From assembly GCF_006345805.1 (NCBI RefSeq), contig NC_043000.1:32488001-32552000 (forward strand): 64,000 nucleotides of DNA, written 5' to 3'. Below the pieces are notes generated by a model. It had not been told where the DNA came from, ran no database searches, and was given only the letters and a program-made list of their open reading frames with translations. Source of the stretch: Octopus sinensis. Its lineage: Eukaryota. This document shows positions 41,208 through 53,589 of the stretch, piece after piece. How positions within the stretch are numbered: position 1 is the stretch's first letter; every line of letters begins with the position of its first letter. The position numbers and the translations under genes were made by a program.

Positions 41208-42596
41208 AATCACTGACTTAAGTTCAACCCTAAAACCACCAGTTCCATAAATATTTTTAAAATGTTGCCAAGAAATTTACTTCTGTCAAGTGAATGGCAA
41301 CAATTTCTGTATAAAATACAGAAAGGTTGTGTTGTTGTTAATGGAGAAGCAGAGAGTAATGTTACCATAATAGGTTCTACCTAAAGACCCTTAAATTTTA
41401 AGAAAGGATTTCTTGTTCTGGTTTGCTTAGAGATATTTCATTATAAACATTGAGGATTTTTCTTACTTCTTACTTACCAAGTTTGTAATACAAATAAATA
41501 TCTGTCACATCACCAATCGAAGTCAAATGAATATTATTGAGATAAAAATAACATTGAAAATATATCAATATATAAAATTGTATTAATTTTTCAATTTTAG
41601 AGAGTAAATAGAAAACAAAAATCAATAGTTTTTACAACAATTCTGGACCATCTTGGATATTTTTGCAATATCTAAAAACAGCTTGTACCATCAATAAATT
41701 AATGTTTCCTTTTTTTAATTAATTAATTAATTAATTTTTTTGTCTTGTGTTTTATGAACCTGAAATTCTTTTGAAGTCATTTGAACTATTTCTCCTATTA
41801 CGACATTATTGTAGTATGGGGATAGGAGTGGGGAGGGATATCTGTTCAATTAATATAACAGCAACAATTAATTAACAACCAATAATTTTAAACTGATAAA
41901 ATAATCATTCTGAAAAAAAATCTCTTTGGTTTTTTTTTTTAATAAATATATGCAAAAATATATATTTATTGCTATTAAATAAAAGATTGTTAATTTATCT
42001 TCTAATAATAATAATTATTATTATTTTGGTGTGCCACCAGTACAATGTACAAATACTGAACTTTATAAAATACTGTTCTGAGTTTATAGAATTGATCCAT
42101 TTTAACGATATGTAAGTGTAATTAAAAAGACATAATTAATTGATAGAAATTTACTGAGATACTTCCTTTGTAAAACTTGTAAACATTGAGTTTGTAGATT
42201 CCCTGAGGTATAATTCTTATCACTACCATTGTCTGTCAAAATGTACCCTGAGGTATATTTCTTATATCTACAGCTTGTCCATAAAAATTGTATATGGTAC
42301 CCCGTGGTCTTATCCCTAGATTCCTAGTAAAAAAAAACATTGTGCCCTGAGGTGTAATCCCTATCAATTGCCCATAAAACAATATAATGAATATAACACA
42401 GTTCTTAGTATTTAGTGTAGAGATTGTGCCAATGCAAGAGATCAATATTTAACAATTTCTTATAATTAGGCAATAATTTTCCATTTGCATGGCTGCATTA
42501 GTCACTGAAAAATTGAATTGATGACACTGAAGTGCTTCAATATATCTGGGTGTTGGGCTGGGTAAGGAGGAGAGGAATAAGTAAAATAATGAGCCT

Positions 42597-42629
<33 letters not shown>

Positions 42630-44432
42630 CATACAAGAATTTATATATATATACAGAAATTCTTCCAGTCATGTGGTATTGTACTAAAATATGGAGCATC
42701 TTTAAAAACTACAAATATCTTTAAGATAATGACTTTGATTTTGTAGGTTTTATAAAATGAACACTTATAAAAAAAAAATGTTGGGGGATTTTAAAGACAA
42801 GCATGATAAAACTAAGCCAATACAGAAGAGAGGTCACCAAATGCAAGAAATGGTTAAACACAACAAATGGATCAGAAAATGGGGAAAAGGATTGGGAAAA
42901 ATTATAAAAAATATTTTGAATATGTTAATGAAGAGATGTTGTGAAACAAGAAAAGAACATTGAGACCAGTAAAATTTGGTCATAAAACTAAAGAGATAAC
43001 TATAATTAAATCTCATAATTAAATACAGTTTTCTACTTCTAAAAGAATTTTATCAAAATTTATATTACATTAGGATCACAATTAATATTAGTTTCTCACA
43101 AATATTAAACATATTAGAATTTTAACGACCATTGTTAGTTAGCTCTCACAACAGGGTTTCTTTTAAAAGTCTTTAATTGTAACATATAAAACATGGTATC
43201 AGAAAATATCATTTAATAAAAAGACTATAATTATGATTATTAAAAGCTAAAGTTAATAACAACAATATACTAATTAGGAATTTCTGAGATGTACACAGTT
43301 TAGTTACTCTTTAAAAATATTTTAATCATACCTTTGAGTAAAATCTAGTTTATAACAGTTGGAAACAAGAACATACACACACAAACAAAAAGATTTTTAC
43401 ATAAATTTCTTTTAAAAAACACGTTAATATTTAAATTTTTGTTATATTTTTCTCATGAATTAAAGGTAAATGAAAATTAAGTTTTTTAATGTATCTTAAT
43501 TTTAAAACAGAATTCCTATGAAATATTCAGCAGAAGATAAAGTTTGAATAATGGACCCATTATTAGTAGAGACTGTTTAAAAAACATCAAGAAATTATTC
43601 CATTTAGTGACAAATTTCAATAAATTTTATGTGGATTTTTCTCTTTTTTTTTTAAACATTTATTTTCAGCAGTCTTGTGTTGTGCCACAAATCAAGGAAT
43701 ACAACCTAGATTACCTTTGTCAACCTAGTTGAAAAATACACTTTCTCATTTCAAGATGAGTGAGGTGGGGGGCATTCAACGGTCAAAATACTTCAACATT
43801 TCATTGAATTATCCAAGATTTCAGAACCATCTAATCCATGCTGACATGGAAAATGAATGTTTAAAAAAAAAAATTAAAAACCAAAAAGAGATGAAAAAAG
43901 ATAACATTCTTGCTTTGAAGAAGACAACTGAACATTTTTCATTTGCTTTTTCTTTCTGAGAACTTGTTCTCTTGAAACACTATGAAGAAAGTGACAAACC
44001 CATAATTGACAAGTTTGTGTGTCTGTAGAAAAGGAGAGTATATATCTCTTTAAACACACACACGTGTGAGTGTGTGTATATATATATATACATTTAATAA
44101 GCTTACAGTACACAGTCTTTCATACCAATTATTAGAATATATATATATATATATACATATATATATACTACTGGTTGTAACAAATGGAAAATTGAAATCA
44201 AACTGCAAAAAAAAAAAAAAAAAAAAACTCTTTTAAGCAGTTATAAACAACTTGGACTATTTGTAAAGAATAAAACAGATTTTCTCAAGTTTATTTCATT
44301 TTTGTTTAATGAGAAGTGGTGGTGGTGGTGCAGGATTCAGTAGGGAGGGGGGTAAAGGTAGGGCAGGGAAGAAATTGGCAAACCAATAAAGCTGCTAGAG
44401 GAATTAGCAGGAATTAAAAAATGTTTCATAGG

Positions 44433-44535
44433 TCAACAGATATAATACCAAAACCAGGAAACAATGTTGACAAAGGCATCAGCTTCTGCGTCGACTTTGT
44501 TCAGTGGGTGACTATTTTCCGTATAAGACATAAAC
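44433..44535 (-). CDS. APEH: APEH last coding exon carrying the catalytic His (FMSYTENSHPL...WFWYYIC*)
   Basis: catcag| acceptor, phase 2 start, TGA at 44433-44435. AATAAA on the - strand at 44290-44295. Confidence 0.93.
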
Positions 44536-45191
44536 CTGATGTAAAGATGGAAATATTGAAATATCAATTAAACAGAAATATTGAATGACGAGTGAATTAA
44601 TTAAAATACCTCAGAAATACTGATTTCTAGCATAGTTACAAAGCTACATATTTGGGGGCAGGGTAAAGTGAATGGTAAAGACCCCAGTAAAATGGGAGGT
44701 AAAATTCACCCTGGCAAAATTTGAACTTGGAACAGAGATATTTGAGCTAAATATTGAAAAGCACTTTGCCTACCACCCAAAGCATTTTACCATTCCACTA
44801 TTCTTATAATAATATATCAACTGTTAATGTTGCTATTGTGGAAGGCAATATTTCATGAGTGACACACACAAACACCAATTAATTTGGGATCCTCTTCATG
44901 GTTGTTTGCCAACATACACAGATATTGTTTTGAGCTGGGTGGGGGTGCTAGATTCCCTTGTTCGAAAATATAAGAACACAGATCGTATAGCCAGCTGGAG
45001 ACGATGTCTCCTGGGGCTAAATTAAAGCAACATTCGTCCTAAACCAGGACTGCTATGCTATGTTGGCAAACAATCTTTACTCCAAAGTACTGTTGCTGAA
45101 TATCTCGTGTGGGATTTAAAAATAGTAATTTTCCTCTTCATGGTTGTTAAATATAGTAGATACACTTCCCTTAAACTATACCTTAACATCT

Positions 45192-45421
45192 GCGGTGAGC
45201 TGGCAGAAAGATTAGAACGCTGGGCGAAATGTGTAGCCATATTTCGTCTGCTGTTACGTTCTGAGTTCAAATTCAGCCGAGGTCGACTTTGCCTTTCATC
45301 CTTTCGGGGTCGATAAATTAAGCACCAGTTACGTACTGGGGTCGATGTAATCGACTTAATCCGTTTGTCTGTCCTTGTTTGTCCCCTCTATGTTTAGCCC
45401 CTTGTGGGTAGTAAAGAAATA
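45192..45421 (+). mobile_element. SINE family A with a 15-bp TSD tataccttaacatct (45177-45191 and 45422-45436); another copy at about 46340-46570 with a 13-bp TSD aaataaagtatca
   Basis: Exact direct repeats flanking full-length copies. Confidence 0.9.
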
Positions 45422-45727
45422 TATACCTTAACATCTTAGAAAAAGAAGAACACATTGAAAAATGTATTTCTAGATAGACTTATGTTTGAATAAAAGACAG
45501 GATGATCATAGCTGGGATGTCTTTAATTATAGATCTGCACCATCAGGGTTGAGCACGAGGCTTACTATAATATACACAAGAGCACTGTCTCATGACCCTG
45601 GTAACTTTTGCGAGAAATACTTTTGCCACCACAGATAATATCAGAAAATATGACAGACATACAGCAATTATAATTTAACTTGTATCAAATTTCGTACAGG
45701 ATGAGGAAATGAATCCTAATAACCAAC

Positions 45728-45834
45728 CTGACAGGGATTTTACGAGCTTTCAAAGCCTTGTAGTATTCAAGAGCACATTTTGGTGGGACCCTAAGATCAG
45801 CAGTGCCAACCATGAACATTGTTGGTGTAATAAC
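45728..45834 (-). CDS. APEH: APEH exon carrying the catalytic Asp (VITPTMFMVGTADLRVP...KIPVR)
   Basis: ttgcag| acceptor, AG|gttggt donor, 107 nt, phase 0-2, DxRVP motif. Confidence 0.94.
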
Positions 45835-47277
45835 CTGCAAAAGAAATCAAGTAAAATAACAACAACAAAAACAAAGAAACAAATATGTAAAGAAAACATT
45901 ACGTAAGAAATGGAAGCGAGAATTTTGGTTGTGGAAATGGTTTTAGTGCAAGACAGGCAGGGTTGTGCTGTCTGGTTAAGAAGTTTACCTGTGTGTTTGG
46001 GGTTCACTTCCACTAAGTAACACTTCTACTATAGCTTTGGGTTACCAAATAACCTATGAACAAAATAGAAACTGCATGGAAGCCTGTTGGTGGTAACCTA
46101 CCTGGGACTATGATACAAAACCTTCTGTCTTAAAGTGATCTAAACTAAAACTTTCCATCAAAATTCCTCGTTAATTTATCTTCTAAAAACCAGCTTAATG
46201 ATGACAAAGTTATCTTAATAAATTCTTCGTTAATTTCGAAATTTATTGAAACAAAAAGGGATGTATTTTAAAAGAATACAAAGGGCCATGAGCACTGTGT
46301 CCATCCTCCTTTGTGCTGGTCATTAAAAATAAAGTATCAAGGCGGCGAGCTGGCTGAAACGTTAGCATGCCGGGTGAAATGCGTAGCCGTATTTCGTCTG
46401 CCATTATGTTCTGAGTTCAAATTCCGCCGAGGTCGACTTTGCCTTTCATCCTTTCAGGGTCGATTAAATAAGAACCAGTTACGCACTGGGGTCGATGTAA
46501 TCGATTTAATCCGTTTGTCTGGCCTTGTTTGTCCCCTCTGTGTTTAGCCCCTTGTGGGTAGTAAAGAAAAAAATAAATAAATAAAGTATCATATGCAATA
46601 AGTTTTTGTGCCATGAGGTTATGGTTGTGGTACCATATGTGAGACATGGGTACAGTTAGAGTACCCTTTGAGACCTGTAGTTATATTACTCCACATGTTA
46701 CACGGCATTAAGGATATGAAGTAGAGTGGGATATTTGGTAGCTCCTAACTAAAACAACTAAATTATTAACTAGATTTTAACAAATTAAGAAAAGAGACAG
46801 GGTACAAATTTGCAGTAACTTTTAATTGTCCAGAAATGACAAACCATACAATATTTTGAATAGAAACAATAGTTTTGCCCATTTAATGAAAAAGATATTA
46901 CTGTATATTGAGTTTCTAAAACATTTAGAAACTAAATGATGTTAGAAAGTAATTTTTCAGAAATGAATAGTTGTTGCCAGGGCAATGGACTGGCTCTTGT
47001 GCAGGTGGCACGTAAAAACACCTTTTGAGTGTGGTCGTTGCCAGAACCACCTGACTGGCCCTTGTGCTGGTGGCACGTAAAAGCACCTACTACACTCACG
47101 GAGTGGTTGGTGTTAGGAAGGGCATCCTGCAGTAGAAACCTTGCCAGATCAGATTGAGCCTGGTGCAGCCTTCTGGTTTACCAGTCCTCAGTCAAACCGT
47201 TCAACCCATGCCAGCATGGAAAGCGGACGTTAAATGATGATGATGATGATGATGATGAATAGAAATCTTGTTCTCAC

Positions 47278-47380
47278 CTGATCAACATAACGAGTTGGAG
47301 ACATCTTCCAGAAAGTTTCTAAACTTTCCATGTCAGCAACTTTGCCATGTTTGAAATCCAGACCGCATTCAACGAAAGCC
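47278..47380 (-). CDS. APEH: APEH exon (AFVECGLDF...KMSPTRYVDQ)
   Basis: ttgcag| acceptor, CAG|gtgaga donor, 103 nt, phase 2-0. Confidence 0.92.
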
Positions 47381-47446
47381 CTGCAAATATGGAACAAAGA
47401 AACGAATAAGAAGAAAACTCCAGAAAAATAGAAAGCAATAAGAGTT

Positions 47447-47890
47447 GTGGAGGATTAACAGGGATGAGCATGGAGATTAACAAGGAAGGGTGGAGGATTA
47501 ACAAGAAAGAGTGTGGGGATTAACACAGCTGGGTATGGGGTTAACAGGGGTGGGAGTGAAATTAACAGGGATGGGTGGGTGTGGGATTAAGAGGGATATG
47601 TTTGGGATTAACAGGAATGGGTGTGGAGATTAACAGGCTTGAATGTGGAATGAACAGAGATGTCCAAGGATCAACAAGAGTGGGTGAGTGATTAACAGGG
47701 ACGGGTCAGGGGTTAATAGAAACGGGATTGGGATTAACAGATATCTTCAAAGGATCAACAAGAGTGGGTGTAGGATTAACAGGGGTGGGTGTAGGATTAA
47801 TAGGAAAGGGGGAGGGATTAACAGGGGTGGGCATGGAATTATGAGGATGGCTGTAGGACTAACTGGAATGTGTGTGGTATTAACAGAAAT
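47447..47890. repeat. Degenerate minisatellite, unit of about 20-21 bp GGATTAACAGGGGTGGGTGT, roughly 20 copies
   Basis: Recurrent ggattaaca core. Confidence 0.9.
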
Positions 47891-48253
47891 GCATGCAAGA
47901 AGGAAAGAGGCAGAAGCAAGAGAGATCAGGAATTGAACACTTGGAGAGTTGAGTGTCTGGCGAAACAGAGAGAAAGAGACAAAAGCAGGAGATGTCATGA
48001 ATCAGATTTTTTGCGTAATGAGATTAAAAACCAAGGCTGTGTAGATATTAGAACATTTATAGATAGGTCTTACAGCTGTTTCCAGAATATCTATTAATTA
48101 TATCCCTTCATCGGAGACGGTGTGAGAGGATGGTTAAGTAATAATTAATTTAGATAGGATACAAAATAGAGAATGAGTTGGAGGAAAGAAAATAGATGTG
48201 AGATATGTAGGGATATTGAATATGTAGTCCATTTTTTAGGCAGAATGGTATAT

Positions 48254-48472
48254 ATGTAAGATTCCAATACTTTATGAGTAAGATCCAACAGTATTTAAAA
48301 TTGGTCGTTCCAAGAACAGAATTTGTATACAGTGTTGTAGAGTCAAAAGCTTTTATTTAAAGTGCCTTTAAATAAAAACCTTTGACTCTACAACACTGTA
48401 TAAATTTTGTTCTTGGAACGACCAATTTTAAATACTGTTGGATCTTACTCATAAGGTATTGGAATCTTACAT
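48254..48472. repeat. Near-perfect palindrome, arms 109 and 107 bp, 3-nt loop
   Basis: 48254-48362 is the reverse complement of 48366-48472 with few mismatches. Confidence 0.95.
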
Positions 48473-48551
48473 TGTGTATAAACTCTACACTTCGAATGAA
48501 CCACTTTATTATTATCATTATCATTAATGGTAACAATACCTATTTAACATT

Positions 48552-48597
<46 letters not shown>

Positions 48598-48679
48598 ATA
48601 TATATGATAATATGAGGGAATATAATAATTATAATAATTAATGAAGTACGAAGATTGGGTGGATTAGTTTGATACTTAC

Positions 48680-48710
48680 CAATCTGGAATGTCAGAGGAT
48701 CCAAATATGG
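48680..48710 (-). CDS. APEH: APEH 31-nt exon (TIFGSSDIPDW)
   Basis: ttacag| acceptor, TG|gtaagt donor, phase 1-2, conserved DIPDW. Confidence 0.92.
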
Positions 48711-49402
48711 CTGTAACCCAAAGAAAAGGATTAATTAAGAATTGTGTTTACATTTAAAATTATCAGGATGATCTTAAGGAGAACCAATTTAATGGGTGGG
48801 GATAGATTTTAGGATATTCTAAAATGTCTCCTGTTTGGTGCCAGTAAAAGTTTCTGCTGTTAAATATGAGTAATTAGAGATTTTGGTATACTGCAAATTG
48901 TTCATTGTTTGGTGCCAGTAAGAGTTACTGTTGTTAAATATATTTTCAAAAGCCAACCAAAGTTCTAAATAATATATTTGTATGCCTCCTTTGGTAATTT
49001 GACAACTGGCATCCAGGATAACAATAAAAGAAATGTCATTTGCAATGTTTTGATGCAGAGGGTTGTTGCTGTTGTTACTGTTTAACCACAGGCCAGACCT
49101 GACTTAGTCATCCTACTCCAGCTATGACTGCCCAAGCTTTACAAAGTATGTAGGACCACATTATGCAATGTGTCCTTTCCTTTCCAAGATGCATATCATC
49201 ATCATTATTTAATATCCCTGTTCCAAGCTAGAAGAGGTTAGACAGTTCGACAAGGATCCAATGGGCCCAAGAACTGCATCAAGCTCCAATGTCTGCTTTG
49301 GAATGATTTTTACAGCTGCATGTCCTCCTTGATGCCAACCACTTTACAGTGTGTACTGGGTGCTTTTTGTTATGTCATTGGCCCTAGTGATGTTGTCATG
49401 AT

Positions 49403-49815
49403 AGGATCTTTTCAGTTTGATCGGCAGTTTTTTAAAATAATTTCCACGTAACTAAACACTTTTAAACTTCATATACTGGTAGAATGTGTTTATAAAACAT
49501 CTTTTTCTCTTGGCTTTATTGAGAAAATTCTATAGTTTGTAAGATATTTGTTGTTTTTTTTCTTCAATTTCTGCAATTTCAACCAATCAATGACGTCTAA
49601 TGAGGTGAAAACATTCTGTGCCGTATGAATATATCCCTCGTTTAAGAAACAGATTGGGTTTATTTACATTTCTGAAGAAAAAAAGATACCCTTCACCCAC
49701 CCCATAACCCTAAAACAGATTGAAATGCAATAGATCGTTACTAGGGTCATAATTATGGGTGACAATTTCATATGACACCGCTAGAAAAAACTACTGGTCA
49801 AACCGAAAAGATCCT
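49403..49815. mobile_element. 413-bp MITE with 18-bp TIRs and an apparent 6-bp TSD (catgat)
   Basis: catgat|AGGATCTTTTCAGTTTGA ... TCAAACCGAAAAGATCCT|catgat. Confidence 0.85.
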
Positions 49816-50166
49816 CATGATATGTGAGGGAAATTTGGTTACCCCATTTAGCAGGTTGGCCAGCACTGCAGCAGTTCCCTTGAGGTGTTGTTGTACAGTG
49901 TTGTCTGCTGTGGCACAGTCATTTGGGATGCTGTGTACTTAGCTGTGTGAGTCCACCATCACATAAAACACTAAACAGCTACATCAGTCCATCATAAACA
50001 ACAGCATGAACTGAGGTGTTGATGGTTAAGTGTACACTAAGACAAACTGATTTAGCTAACTATTCTGTAGTGTTCAACTTTGCATCAGTATCCATTTAAA
50101 GGGTTTAACATTAAAACAGGAATAATGAAATGTAAGGACATATTTTGGACAGTCAAAAATACTTAC

Positions 50167-50215
50167 TTAGCAAATTAGTAACTGGATTTCTGCAAACCGC
50201 TGCTTTGTAAAAATC
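50167..50215 (-). CDS. APEH: APEH exon (DFYKAAVCRNPVTNLL)
   Basis: ttccag| acceptor, A|gtaagt donor, 49 nt, phase 0-1. Confidence 0.92.
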
Positions 50216-51831
50216 CTGGAAACAAATAAAAACCATGTTCAAAATTTAGTTTTTCAGTTTTTCATAATTTTTAAAATGTAAAGAATATGGCAATGAACTG
50301 TAGGAATTACTATATCCAAACTGTCCATTGGAACAAGTCACTCATGTTATAGTGAAATGGTAAATATCAAGGAAGCGTGGAATGGTCTGGGTCAGCAAAT
50401 ACAGCAGAATCTTGCTTTACAAATGCTTCTCATCACAAACAAATTGGTTTATGAACAATTTTTCTGACATAAAACATCTTGGGTGATGAATGGTGTCTTC
50501 GGTAACAAAGATGCAAGACAACAACAACAATGGTTGGCGCCAAGTAGGAGAGCACCAATTTCACTCAGTGCTTGAATTCACTGTGCCTTCTCTTTAAGTT
50601 CCTATGGGAAAAATAGTTTCAGTTTACAAACATTTTGGGTGAAAAACGGTCTTCAAGAATGAATTAAATTTGTAAACTGAAGTTCCACTGTAATAAGTGC
50701 AAAACTAACATTATCATTAAGTTAAAGATAACACAGGGAGCATTAAGGAACCAGCTAGCAGTAGTACTAGTAAGAGGAGGACGAGGAGGAAGAGAAGAAG
50801 AAGATGAAGTTGTTGTCATCATCACTGCCACCCTAGTTTAATATCCACTTTCACAGCCAGATATGTTCCTCATGGAAGACTGGATTCAAGTAATATTGCT
50901 TGTATGATGATGATGCACATTTACAACCATTACCTGGTGTCACTACAAAGGCACACACACACACACATTTATTTCTGTAAGCCCTCTCTCTCTGCCACTT
51001 AATAAGCACCTGTGCTGGTGCTTCTGTAATACACTTGTGTGAATGCTGCATAAATGCACCCATGCTGGTGGCAGGTAAAAAGCAACCAACACACTCTGTA
51101 AAGTGGTTGGCATTAGGAAGGGTATCCAGCCATAGAAACCATGCCCCAACAGACAGATGGCGTCTGGACAGCTCCCTGTCAAACTGTCCAACCCATGCCA
51201 GCAAGGAAAAAGGACATTAAACGATGACAATGATATACAGATATGCACAACAGGCTTCTTCCAGTTTCCTTCTATCAAATCCAGTCACAAGGCTTTGGTT
51301 GGCCTAGGGCTACAGTAAAAGACACTTTCCCAAGCTGTTGTGCAGTGGGACTGAACAAACCCAAGATTGCATCATTGGCAAGCAAGCTTCTAAACCACAA
51401 AGCTGTATCAATAAATAATAATAATAAAAAGCCTGACTGGCTTCCGTGTTGGTGACACGTAAAAGCACCAATCAATCGTGGCCGTTTGCCAGCCTGCTCT
51501 GGCCCCTGTGCCGGTGGCATGTAAAAAACACCCACTACACTCACGGAGTGGTTGGTGTTTGGAAGGGCATCAAGCTGTACAAACACTGCCAGATTAGATT
51601 GGAGCCTGGTACAGCCTCCTGGCTTCCCAGACCCCGGTCGAACCATCCAACCCATGCTAGCATGGAAAGCGGATGTTAAACGATGATGATGATAATGATG
51701 ATGAAAAGCCAATACCATCCTATGGTGGGGAAAGACTTGTCCAAGCTTTGTGGTAAGCAAGGGAAAACTGGACACATACAACAGTGATGAAAGCAATTAC
51801 TGATGAGGAATGGAAAATATGTGAAACTTAC

Positions 51832-51942
51832 TGGATACTGTCCAATGAGATGTAATGTAATGAAACCACCATGGGAGCCACCAATCACAGTCACATGATT
51901 TTCATTAATGTAATCAAGTTTCAATAAAGATTCAGCAGCAAA
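51832..51942 (-). CDS. APEH: APEH exon carrying the nucleophile Ser (GGSHGG; Ser codon 51874-51876)
   Basis: tttcag| acceptor, |gtaagt donor, 111 nt, phase 0-0, GxSxGG nucleophile elbow, HLIGQYP. Confidence 0.96.
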
Positions 51943-52291
51943 CTGAAACAACAACAAAAAACAACAAAAACATTTAGGAATTTATTAATGATGTAAGGGG
52001 CAGAGAGTTTAACAACAAACAAACTGAGCAATAATATAAAGAGCAAATTGAATAATGTCAGGAAGAGATCCAGGAACAACAACAACATAATTCTTTCTGC
52101 TGTAAGCACATGACACGAAATGTTGTAGTGGATGGGGCTTGTCAATTACTTTGACCTCAGGGTGCAATTGATACTTATTTCATCGACCCTGGATGAAAGG
52201 CAAAGCTGGCCTGAGCAGGATTTGAACTCAGAAGAGCCAGAAGAAATATCACTAAGCATTTTGTAATGACTGCCAGCCTACTGTAGTAGTA

Positions 52292-52332
<41 letters not shown>

Positions 52333-52879
52333 TCTGCTCAATACCACAGATTTGCTTGTCAGTTGTTTGACCGTAACCAGTTGAGCATGTCCCTTAGTGG
52401 CTGACGATATGTGCATCTCTGATCACGAGCAGAAGTAGTGGGGGAGCATCATAGCCATGTGTTGAGAGGGATTCTTTGGGGTTTGAATAGTTCACCTCTG
52501 GAAACATGGGTGGTTCTTTCAACATCCTTAAACAACCCTTATTCAGGGACCGTTTGAGCGGGATGGGCTACTCAACCTGAAGAAAATTCTAACTGGGCCC
52601 CACCTGCAAGGTCATGTGCTGTTTATCTTGATATGAGATCACCATGTCGCGCACATATGGTTGTGATGCATGTGCCTGGTGTACCTTTATCAAACAGGTA
52701 GTCATGATGGGTATATTGGGCTTCGTATATTTTACCCCAGTGTCACTTTGATGGCATGAACTGCTCTCTCACTCAATAATATTAATAATAATAAAAATAA
52801 AAATAATAATAATAATAAAAATAATAATAATGATAATTTTTTATTTATTTTATTTATTTATTTAAAAAAAATATTCAGA

Positions 52880-53100
52880 CAAATACATAACGAACACACC
52901 AGGACTTACAAATATATATAACATACAGAAAATTGCACTAATGGGCACTGTATACATCCTACGAAAAACACTTTCAATACAGTAACCATAAGAGCGTCAC
53001 AACAAACCACAGCACATACCCAAGGCACACAGAGCTGCACTTGGTAGTGAAGTGAAAGCACGCTATAAAAATAGAACTACTGAATAATAATAATAATAAT
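52880..53100 (+). mobile_element. R4/Dong-type LINE 3' end embedded in (AAT)n
   Basis: IQKIALMGTVYILRKTLSIQ*, short 3' UTR, (AAT)n on both sides. Confidence 0.75.
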
Positions 53101-53589
53101 AGTTTCAAATTTTGCCACAAGGGCAGCAATTTTGAGGGAGAGAATGAGTCAATTACATTGACCCCAGTGTCCAACTGGTACTTGTTTTATCGACCTGAAA
53201 GGATGAAAGGAAAAGTTGACCTTGTCAGAATTTGAACTCAGAATGAAGTGATGGGCGAAATACCGCTAAGCATTTTGTCCAGCGTGCTAACGACTGTGCC
53301 AGCTCGCTACTTTAATAATAATGATCATAATAATAATAATAATCCTTTCTACTATAGGCATAAGGCCTGAAATTTTTGGGGAGGGTCTAGTCGATTACAT
53401 TGACCCCAGTGCCCAACTGGCACTTATTTTATCGACCCAGAAAAGATGAAAGGCAAAGTTGATCGCGGTGGAATTTGAACTCAGAATGGAGTGATGAACG
53501 AAATACCGCTAAGCATTTCGTCCAGCATTCTGCCAGGTTGCCGCCATAATAATAATAAAGAAGGTGATGAGATGAGGAAAGCTTGTCAG

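Noticed and set aside
42757-42963. 68-aa Lys-rich ORF as a third gene
   Set aside because: No recognisable motif, no consistent donor or neighbouring exons; expected by chance in A-rich DNA.
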